The position numbers and the translations under genes are program-made. The notes under the pieces are model-generated. The model searched no databases and was not told the origin of the DNA. It saw nothing but the letters and a program-made list of their open reading frames with translations. This document shows, in pieces, positions 47,657 to 55,765 of a DNA stretch of 64,000 bases. Numbering within the stretch: position 1 is the stretch's first letter; every line of letters begins with the position of its first letter. Source of the DNA: Alphaproteobacteria bacterium (GTDB lineage Bacteria > Pseudomonadota > Alphaproteobacteria > G965222575); NCBI GenBank assembly GCA_965222575.1, contig OZ244958.1, positions 896,001-960,000 of the forward strand. Reading direction: 5' to 3'.

Positions 47657-50461
47657 ATGAAAAGACTATGGTGTCTCTTCAGTGTCCTTGTACTGGTGGG
47701 GTCTCTTGCCCGAGCCTTTCCCCTTCACGATGCCGCCCAAAGGGGTGATCTTGATACCATCAAGGGGCTCATAGCTAAGGGGGCGGATGTGAATGCACAT
47801 GACTTTATACTCGAAGGCAATACACCGCTCCATGAGGCAGCCTCTGAGGGGCACAAGGAGGTAGTGGAATTTCTGCTGCAAGCAGGGGCGTATGTGAATG
47901 CACAGGACAAGCACAGAAATACACCGCTCCATGGGGCAGCTTGGAACGGGCACAAGGAAGTAGCAGAGGTTCTTGTGAAAGCAGGAGCTAACCTAGAGTC
48001 AACAAAAGAAGCCTTTTTTGACGAGACACCGCTCCATAAGGCAGAGCGGGGATTAAAAGCAACAATAGACGAAGAAAAAAAGCAGCGCCTCTCTGAGGTG
48101 ATAGAGTATCTGAAAAGCAAGGAAGCGGATGACGGCTGGACACCACTCCATAGGGCAGCCTCTGAGGGGCACAAGGAGGTAGTGGAAGTTCTTTTGGAGA
48201 AGGGGGCGGAGGTGAATGCAAAGGACAAGTACGGCGTGACACCGCTCCATAGGGCAGTCTATAAGGGACACAAAGAAGTGGTGACATTCCTAGTGGCCCA
48301 GGGGGCTTCTGTGAAGGCACAGGACAAGTACGGCGGGACACCGCTCCATGGGGCAGCTTGGAACGGACACAAAGAGGTGGTGGAGGTTCTGCTACAAGCA
48401 GGGGCGGATGTGAATGCACTAAGCGATATCCATGGGACACCGCTCCATAGGGCAGTCTATAAGGGACACAAAGAAGTGGTGACATTCCTAGTGGCGCAGG
48501 GGGCTTCTGTGAAGGCACAGGACAAGTATGGCGGGACACCGCTCCATAAGGCAGCCGAGGGTGGACACAAGGAGGTAGTGGAGGTTCTTTTGGAGAAGGG
48601 GGCGGAGGTGAATGCAAAGAGCAAGAAAGGCGTGACACCGCTCCATTGGGCAGCCGAAAAGGGACACGAAGAAGTGGTGACATTCCTAGTGGCGCAGGGG
48701 GCGGATATCCATGCAAAGGACAAGTACGGCAATACACCATTCCATAGGGCAGCCGAAAAGGGACACAAGGAGGTGGTGACATTCCTAGTGGCGCAGGGGG
48801 CGGATATCCACGCAAAGGACGATTACGGCTATACACCGCTCCATGAGGCAGCCGATAATGGACACAAGGAAGTGGTGACATTCCTAGTGGCGCAGGGGGC
48901 GGATGTGAATGCAAAGCACAAGTACGGCGATACACCGCTCTATAGGGCAGTTTATAAGGGACACAAAGAAGTGGTGACATTCCTAGTGGCGCAGGGGGCG
49001 GATGTGAAGGCACGAAACGATACCGGCAGGACACCGCTCCATTTGGCAGCTTGGAACGGGTACAAGGAGGAAGTGGTGTTCTTTGTAGAGAAGGGGGCGG
49101 AGGTGAATGTACAGGACAAGTACGGCAATACACCGCTCCATTGGGCAACGGAAAAGGGACACAAAGAGGTGGTGACATTCCTAGTGGAGAAGGGGGCAGA
49201 TGTGAATGCACAGGACGAGGACGGCAGGACACCGCTCCATTGGGCAGTCTTATATGGACACAAGGAGGTGGTGACATTCCTAGTGGAAGCAGGGGCGGAT
49301 GTGCATGCACAGGACAAGGACGGCGTGACACCGCTCCGTTGGGCAGACAGTGGGGGGCACAAGGAGGTAGTGGCGTATCTGAAAAGCAAGGGGACTAATC
49401 CCCTTCACGATGCCGCCCAAAGGGGTGATCTTGATACCATCAAGGGGCTCATAGCTAAGGGGGCTTCTGTGAATGTACGAGGCAAGTACGGCAGGACACC
49501 GCTCCATAGTGCATCCGGAGGGGGACACAAAGAAGTGGTGACATTCCTAGTGGCCCAGGGGGCGGATGTGCATGCACAAACCGTGTACGGCAATACACCG
49601 CTCCATCGGGCAGCCGAGGGTGGACACAAGGAGGTAGTGGAGGTTCTTGTGGCCCAGGGGGCGGATGTGAATGCCCAAAACAAGGACGGCAAGACACCGC
49701 TCCATTTGGCAGCCTCATCTGGAAGCAAGGAGGTAGCGGAGTTTCTAGTGGCCCAGGGGGCGGATGTGAATGCCCAAAACAAGGACGGCAAGACACCGCT
49801 CCATTTGGCAGCCTCATCTGGAAGCAAGGAGGTAGCGGAGTTTCTAGTGGAGAAGGGGGCTAATGTGAATGCCCAAAACAAGGACGGCAAGACACCGCTC
49901 CATTTGGCAGCCTCATCTGGAAGCAAGGAGGTAGCGGAGTTTCTAGTGGAGAAGGGGGCTAATGTGAATGTAGCGACCAGCAACGGTTATACACCGCTCC
50001 ATCGGGCAGCCGAAATGGGAAGCAAAGCAGCAGCAGAGGTTCTTGTGGCCCAGGGGGCGGATGTGAATGCCCAAAACAATTACGGCGAGACACCGCTCTA
50101 TAGGGCAGTCTATAAGGGACACAAAGAAGTGGTGACATTCCTTTTGGCGCAGGGGGCGGAGGTGAATGTACAGGACAAGTACGGCAATACACCGCTCCTT
50201 AGGGCAGCCTATAGAGGACACAAGGCAGTAGTGGCGTTCCTAGTGGAAGCAGGGGCGGATGTGAATGTACAGGACAAGCAGGGCTGGACACCGCTCCATG
50301 TGGCAGCCTATAGAGGACACAAGGCAGTAGTGGCATTCCTAGTGGCCCAGGGGGCGGATGTGAATGCAAAGAACTCGAACGGCAGTACACCGCTCCATTT
50401 GGCAGTCTTATATGGACACAAGGAGATAGTGGCGTATCTGAAAAGCAAGGGGGCTAAGTAG
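47657..50461 (+). CDS. Secreted ankyrin repeat protein ANK2
   Basis: Same signal peptide; first ~580 aa near-identical to ANK1, then a second ankyrin block. Confidence 0.95.
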   Translation: MKRLWCLFSVLVLVGSLARAFPLHDAAQRGDLDTIKGLIAKGADVNAHDFILEGNTPLHEAASEGHKEVVEFLLQAGAYVNAQDKHRNTPLHGAAWNGHKEVAEVLVKAGANLESTKEAFFDETPLHKAERGLKATIDEEKKQRLSEVIEYLKSKEADDGWTPLHRAASEGHKEVVEVLLEKGAEVNAKDKYGVTPLHRAVYKGHKEVVTFLVAQGASVKAQDKYGGTPLHGAAWNGHKEVVEVLLQAGADVNALSDIHGTPLHRAVYKGHKEVVTFLVAQGASVKAQDKYGGTPLHKAAEGGHKEVVEVLLEKGAEVNAKSKKGVTPLHWAAEKGHEEVVTFLVAQGADIHAKDKYGNTPFHRAAEKGHKEVVTFLVAQGADIHAKDDYGYTPLHEAADNGHKEVVTFLVAQGADVNAKHKYGDTPLYRAVYKGHKEVVTFLVAQGADVKARNDTGRTPLHLAAWNGYKEEVVFFVEKGAEVNVQDKYGNTPLHWATEKGHKEVVTFLVEKGADVNAQDEDGRTPLHWAVLYGHKEVVTFLVEAGADVHAQDKDGVTPLRWADSGGHKEVVAYLKSKGTNPLHDAAQRGDLDTIKGLIAKGASVNVRGKYGRTPLHSASGGGHKEVVTFLVAQGADVHAQTVYGNTPLHRAAEGGHKEVVEVLVAQGADVNAQNKDGKTPLHLAASSGSKEVAEFLVAQGADVNAQNKDGKTPLHLAASSGSKEVAEFLVEKGANVNAQNKDGKTPLHLAASSGSKEVAEFLVEKGANVNVATSNGYTPLHRAAEMGSKAAAEVLVAQGADVNAQNNYGETPLYRAVYKGHKEVVTFLLAQGAEVNVQDKYGNTPLLRAAYRGHKAVVAFLVEAGADVNVQDKQGWTPLHVAAYRGHKAVVAFLVAQGADVNAKNSNGSTPLHLAVLYGHKEIVAYLKSKGAK

Positions 50462-50612
50462 TCACCTCCGCACACGAGGTTTGGTACATCCTAGCGATAT
50501 GCCCCTCAGTGTTATTAGCTCCCTAAGCGAAAAGCGGCTAGAGGGGCAAGACTTTACTTCTTAGAGGCTGTATGCTATCCTAAACAAGGTTTGTAAAGAA
50601 GAGGTACTTAAT

Positions 50613-52256
50613 ATGAGAAGACTATGGTGTCTCTTGAGTGTTCTTGTACTGGTGGGGTCTCTTGCCCGAGCCTTTCCCCTTCACGATGCCGCCCAAAGGG
50701 GTGATCTTGATACCATCAAGGGGCTCATAGCTAAGGGGGCTTCTGTGAATGCGAAAGACAGAGAGGGCTGGACACCGCTCCGTGGGGCAGTTTTTCGGGG
50801 ACAGGTGGAGGTGGTGAAGGTTCTGCTTCAAGCAGGAGCGGATGTGCATGCACGAAACGATACCGACTGGACACTGCTTCATAGGGCAGCCTATATGGGT
50901 CAGGTGGAGTTGGTGGAGGTTCTGCTTCAAGCAGGGGTTGATGTGAATGCCCAAAACAAGGACGGCAAGACACCGCTCAGTGCTGTAGCCTATATGGGTC
51001 AGGTGGAGTTGCTGGAGGTTCTGCTACAAGCAGGGGTTGATGTGAATGCCCAAAACAAGTACGGCAATACACCGCTCCATGAGGCAGCTTGGGACGGACA
51101 CAAAGAGGTAGTGGAATTTCTGCTGCAAGCAGGGGCGGATGTGAATGCACAGGACAGGGGCGGCAATACACCGCTCCATTGGGCAGCCGGAGGGGGACAC
51201 AAGGAAGTGGTGGAGGTTCTAGTGGAGAAGGGGGCGGATGTGAATGCCCAGGACAAGTACGGCTGGACACCGCTCCATAAGGCAGCCGATGAGGGGTACA
51301 AGGAAGTGGTGGAGGTTCTGCTACAAGCAGGGGCGGATGTGAATGTGAAGGCGAAAGGCGAGGACAGCAGGACACCGCTCCATGAGGCAGCCTCTGAGGG
51401 GCACAAGGAAGTAGTGGAGGTTCTCCTCCACGCAGGGGCGGATGTGAATGCAAAAAACAAGTACGGCTGGACACCGCTCGATTGGGCAGCCGGTGGGGGG
51501 CACAAGGAAGTGGTGGAGGTTCTGCTACAAGCAGGGGCGGATGTGCATGCACGAGACGATTTCGGCGGTACACTGCTCCATAGTGCAGCCTCATCTAGAA
51601 GCAAGGAGGTAGTGGAGTTTCTAGTGGAGAAGGGGGCGGATATCCACGCAAAGGACGATGACGGCAGGACACCGCTCTTTAGTGCAGCCTCATCTGGAAG
51701 CAAGGAAGTGGTGGCGTTCCTAGTGGCGCAGGGGGCGGATGTGAAGGCACGAAACACAATCGGTGGGACACCGCTCCATAGGGCAGCCTCATCTGGGAGC
51801 AAGGAAGTGGTGGAGGTTCTGCTTCAAGCAGGGGCGGATGTGCATGCACGAAACGATACCGGCGATACACCGCTCCATTGGGCAGCCGAAATGGGAAGCA
51901 AAGCAGCAGCAGAGGTTCTTGTGGCCCAGGGGGCGGATGTGGAGGCAAAGAACAATTACGACTGGACGCCGCTCCATAGTGCAACCGGCTGGACGAGGGA
52001 CCATTGGGTAGTCGAAGAGGAACGCAAAGAAGTGGTGACATTCCTAGTGGAGAAGGGGGCTAATGTGAATGCAGCGACCAGCAACGGCGATACACCGCTC
52101 CATTTGGCAGCCTCATGGGCAGACAAGGAGGTAGTGGCATTCCTAGTGGAGAAGGGGGCGGATGTGAATGCAAAGGACAAGAAAGGCAGGACACCGCTCC
52201 ATTTTGCAGGACTCACGAAGGTGATAGCGTATCTGAAAAGCAAGGGTGGGCGATAA
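50613..52256 (+). CDS. Secreted ankyrin repeat protein ANK3
   Basis: Near-identical signal peptide and the same repeat framework. Confidence 0.95.
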   Translation: MRRLWCLLSVLVLVGSLARAFPLHDAAQRGDLDTIKGLIAKGASVNAKDREGWTPLRGAVFRGQVEVVKVLLQAGADVHARNDTDWTLLHRAAYMGQVELVEVLLQAGVDVNAQNKDGKTPLSAVAYMGQVELLEVLLQAGVDVNAQNKYGNTPLHEAAWDGHKEVVEFLLQAGADVNAQDRGGNTPLHWAAGGGHKEVVEVLVEKGADVNAQDKYGWTPLHKAADEGYKEVVEVLLQAGADVNVKAKGEDSRTPLHEAASEGHKEVVEVLLHAGADVNAKNKYGWTPLDWAAGGGHKEVVEVLLQAGADVHARDDFGGTLLHSAASSRSKEVVEFLVEKGADIHAKDDDGRTPLFSAASSGSKEVVAFLVAQGADVKARNTIGGTPLHRAASSGSKEVVEVLLQAGADVHARNDTGDTPLHWAAEMGSKAAAEVLVAQGADVEAKNNYDWTPLHSATGWTRDHWVVEEERKEVVTFLVEKGANVNAATSNGDTPLHLAASWADKEVVAFLVEKGADVNAKDKKGRTPLHFAGLTKVIAYLKSKGGR

Positions 52257-52380
52257 TTTTGTTCTATGGGGTATACTAGTATATACTAGTAACTTGTTGA
52301 CAACCCTTATGGTTGGATTGCTGATTTCCTCTTCTGGAGATTGTTCACCTCTCAACCCCCTATATTTCCTAGAAAAAACT

Positions 52381-52426
52381 TGGTTGGGGTGACAGAATTC
52401 GAACCTGCGACCCCCGCATTACGAAT
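52381..52426 (-). pseudogene. 3' half of a tRNA gene, putative prophage att site
   Basis: Minus strand reads ATTCGTAATGCGGGGGTCGCAGGTTCGAATTCTGTCACCCCAACCA: anticodon loop, GTTCGAA T-loop and CCA end. The 5' half is absent. About 200 nt from the integrase. Confidence 0.8.
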
Positions 52427-52625
52427 TCCTTACTATACTACTTTCTTCTATATCCTTCAAGTTCACTAAAAGTCTCTAATATCAACGAATTTACTGAGAT
52501 TCCTTGTTATCTCGTTTCCTTCTTCTTCCTTTTTAATCTTGCTAATTCCTTCTTTATGCGGTACATATACGGTACACGCTTTTTGTCATAAACGCGCACT
52601 TTCCGACTTTCCAACAAAAGATATA

Positions 52626-54023
52626 ATGCTTAGATTAACCAAAACGGCTGTAGAAAATCTTAGTACGAAAAGTAAACCATACTTTGTGTTTGACTTGATA
52701 TTAACGGGGTTCTGTGTACGCATATCAATGAAAGGGAAGCGGAACTACTATCTTCAGTATGAAAAAATGGGCAGGAAAAAACGGATTAATCTTGGCTTGC
52801 ATGGGACTATAACAACAGAACAAGCCCGGAGAAAAGCGACCATATTATTAGGAGATATTACAAAAGGAATTGATCCTCACGAGCAAAAAGTGAAAGAGGG
52901 TAATGTGTTGACTATTGTAGACCTAGCACACCGTTTTCTACAAGAGCATGTGATGATGCATTGTAAGCCTAGCACACAGAGGGATTATCAAAGCCGCTTA
53001 AGGGCTTATATCGTTCCCTTTTTTAGAGAGATGAAAGTCCCCAATGTTACGCGAGCCGATGTCTCTGCTTTTCATCACTCCTTATCTCACAGCCCTTTTG
53101 TGGCGAATACCTGTTTACGCATCCTCTCAAAGATGTTCAATTTAGCAGAAACATGGGGATTACGAGGAGACAACACTAATCCCTGCCGTCATGTCAAGAA
53201 GTACCCAGAGAAAAAGCGAGAGCGCTATCTCAGTGAGGAGGAGTTGAAACGCTTGAGTGCTGTGTTAGAGGAGGCTAAGACCTATCTTGATGAGAACTTA
53301 TCGGCTGTTTATTGTATTCAGTTGCTCTTGCTAACAGGGTGCCGACTAGGGGAGATACGAACCCTGAAATGGAAGTATAGTGATGCTAAGCAGAAGATAC
53401 TAAGGCTTCCGGACTCTAAAACAGGGGCAAAAGTGGTCTATGTAGGGGAGACTGTTCTCTCTTTGCTTGAGGAAATCCGCTCTCACCCCTCTCGTCCTAA
53501 GGAGAACCCCTATGTCATATGGGGGAGGAAGCCTGATACCTATTTGATGAATGTGCGTAAGCCTTGGTGTCGCTTCTGTAAGATGGCGGGGTTAGAAGAT
53601 ATTCGTATCCATGACTTGCGCCATTCTTTTGCCTCCTTTGCGGTGAGTAAGGGGATGAGTTTGCCTATGCTAGGGAAGTTGCTAGGGCATACGCAACCCC
53701 AAACCACAGCACGGTATGCGCATTTGATGGCGAAACCTATGACGGAGGCGGCAACACAAGTAACGGATGTCATAGGAGATTTGATGGGGATAAAGAAGAA
53801 GCCTTTTTCAAAAGAGGGGGAAAAGGAGGTTAAGAACCCTATTGTTGGGACGAATATAGAGCGTCCCACTTGGTTATCTCCAGAGCAAGCGGCTCATTAT
53901 CTAGGGGTGAAAAAACGAGTGCTATACGATTGGCGTTATAACAAAGGAGGTCCTAAGCATACCAAAATAGCGGGTAGAATACGCTATGACCTAGAGGATA
54001 TCAAAGCCTTTGTGCAGAGGTAA
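52626..54023 (+). CDS. Tyrosine integrase with N-terminal arm-binding domain and C-terminal excisionase-like HTH
   Basis: LLLTGCRLGEI, IHDLRHSFAS and LLGH...TTARYAH motifs; tail WLSPEQAAHYLGV....LYDWR...GGP......RIRY. Confidence 0.92.
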   Translation: MLRLTKTAVENLSTKSKPYFVFDLILTGFCVRISMKGKRNYYLQYEKMGRKKRINLGLHGTITTEQARRKATILLGDITKGIDPHEQKVKEGNVLTIVDLAHRFLQEHVMMHCKPSTQRDYQSRLRAYIVPFFREMKVPNVTRADVSAFHHSLSHSPFVANTCLRILSKMFNLAETWGLRGDNTNPCRHVKKYPEKKRERYLSEEELKRLSAVLEEAKTYLDENLSAVYCIQLLLLTGCRLGEIRTLKWKYSDAKQKILRLPDSKTGAKVVYVGETVLSLLEEIRSHPSRPKENPYVIWGRKPDTYLMNVRKPWCRFCKMAGLEDIRIHDLRHSFASFAVSKGMSLPMLGKLLGHTQPQTTARYAHLMAKPMTEAATQVTDVIGDLMGIKKKPFSKEGEKEVKNPIVGTNIERPTWLSPEQAAHYLGVKKRVLYDWRYNKGGPKHTKIAGRIRYDLEDIKAFVQR

Positions 54024-54028
54024 AGATG

Positions 54029-54168
54029 TGTTAGTGAAAGGGATTGAACTAACAAAAACATGCATTTATGTTAGTTTCTGTCTTGCAACTTTCATTTTTG
54101 TTAGTTAAAATGATTGAACTAACAAAAACATGCATTTATGTTAGTTAAAATGATTGAACTAACAAAAC
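54029..54168. repeat. Clustered direct and inverted repeats upstream of the Fic gene
   Basis: GATTGAACTAACAAAAACATGCATTTATGTTAGTT at 54042 and 54112; seven AACTAACA/TGTTAGT[TG] boxes in total. Confidence 0.85.
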
Positions 54169-54189
54169 AAGTAGATTCCGTTACTTATA

Positions 54190-55614
54190 GTGGATAAAAG
54201 AAGAAAAAGCCTCAAAAAGAGTCCAACAGGAAGGTATGTAAGAAGTACAGTGACTGGGGAAGTGTGTCAAGCCTATATTCCTCATCCCTTGCCACCAGAC
54301 GTGCCTATGGAAGATTTTGCTACTTTGCTAGATAAAGCTAATGTAAGCCTTGGACGGCTTGATGGAATTGGACGGCTTGATGGAATGAGAACTACCCTGC
54401 CAGATTCTTCTCAATTTATTGAGATGTATGCGTGTCAGGAAGCTGTGCAGTCCTCTAAAATTGAAGGGACGCAATCATCAATGTCTGATCTTCTTCTATT
54501 TGAGAAGAGTGGCAAGCCTTCTGTAGGTGATGAAGCTGAGGTATCCCGGTATGTTTCTGCTATGAAATATGCCCTTAAGGAAGTTAAGAAGCCAAAGGGA
54601 CTACCACTATCTCTTGGTCTTATTAAAGGGATTCATGGCGTACTCATGGAGGGAGCTGGACGTGGAGGGAATACAGGAGTGGGAGAATTTCGCACTTCCC
54701 AAAACTGGATTGGGGGGACACGCCCGGGAAATGCTCTTTTTATCCCACCACCTCCTGAAGAGCTTATGCCGTGCTTGGAGTGCTTAGAAAAATTCTTGCA
54801 TAGTAAAGAGCTTCCTGTGCTTATCAAAGTAGCACTTGCCCATGTTCAGTTTGAGACTATCCATCCATTCTTGGATGGCAACGGCCGTGTTGGTCGGTTG
54901 TTGATTACACTTATTCTGTGTGTTGATGGAATACTCACAGAGCCTTTGCTGTATCTCAGTTTATATTTTAAGGAGAATCAAGACAAGTATTATAGCTGTC
55001 TGCAAGCTGTGCAGGAGAAGGGGGCTTGGGAAGACTGGATACAATTTTTCCTAGAAGGAGTTATTGAGGTATCAGAACAGGCTATAGAAACGGCAAAGTG
55101 TATTGGTCTGTTGTTCAAGTGTGATTTTGACAAGATTAAGGAGGCTAGAAAAGACACCAAAGGGGTTTTATGGACCTACGATTATCTCAAAAGAAATCCT
55201 ATTATAAAACCTTCTAAGATTAAGGAACGTTCTAAGCCTTCGTTGCCTACAGTCATGCGCAGTCTAAGAACACTGGAGTCTCTGGGGTTAATTAAGGAGA
55301 AGGAAAAAAATAAGTACCGCCACAAAATTTTTGAGTATGAGTCATACCTCCAACTGCTAGATACAGGAGTTAAATCAGAACGTTTAAGACTAAGTCTTTT
55401 AGGAGAGGCAGATGTGCATGCAAAGGACAAGGACGGCACAACACTGCTCCATAGGGCAGCCGATGGGGGATACAAAGAAGAGGTGGAGGCTCTAGTAAAC
55501 AAAGGGGCTTCTGTGAATGCAAAGGACAAGTACGGTGTGACACCGCTCTATTTGGCAGACTTATGGGGTCACAAGGAGGTAGTGGCGTATTTGAAAAGCA
55601 AGGGGGCTAAGTAG
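54190..55614 (+). CDS. Fic family protein fused to C-terminal ankyrin repeats
   Basis: SSKIEG inhibitory motif; HPFLDGNGRVGR; ankyrin part from about 55408. Confidence 0.9.
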   Translation: MDKRRKSLKKSPTGRYVRSTVTGEVCQAYIPHPLPPDVPMEDFATLLDKANVSLGRLDGIGRLDGMRTTLPDSSQFIEMYACQEAVQSSKIEGTQSSMSDLLLFEKSGKPSVGDEAEVSRYVSAMKYALKEVKKPKGLPLSLGLIKGIHGVLMEGAGRGGNTGVGEFRTSQNWIGGTRPGNALFIPPPPEELMPCLECLEKFLHSKELPVLIKVALAHVQFETIHPFLDGNGRVGRLLITLILCVDGILTEPLLYLSLYFKENQDKYYSCLQAVQEKGAWEDWIQFFLEGVIEVSEQAIETAKCIGLLFKCDFDKIKEARKDTKGVLWTYDYLKRNPIIKPSKIKERSKPSLPTVMRSLRTLESLGLIKEKEKNKYRHKIFEYESYLQLLDTGVKSERLRLSLLGEADVHAKDKDGTTLLHRAADGGYKEEVEALVNKGASVNAKDKYGVTPLYLADLWGHKEVVAYLKSKGAK

Positions 55615-55765
55615 TTACCTCCGCACACGAGGTTTGGTACACCCTAGCGATATGCCCCTCAGTGTTATTAGCTCCCTAAGCGAAAAGCGGCTAGAGGGGC
55701 AAGACTTTACTTCTTAGAGGCTGTATGCTATCCTAAACAAGGTTTGTAAAGAAGAGGGACTTAAT

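Noticed and set aside
46094..51802. Long antisense Pro-rich ORFs over the ankyrin genes
   Set aside because: Shadow frames of the repeated stop-free 99-bp modules.
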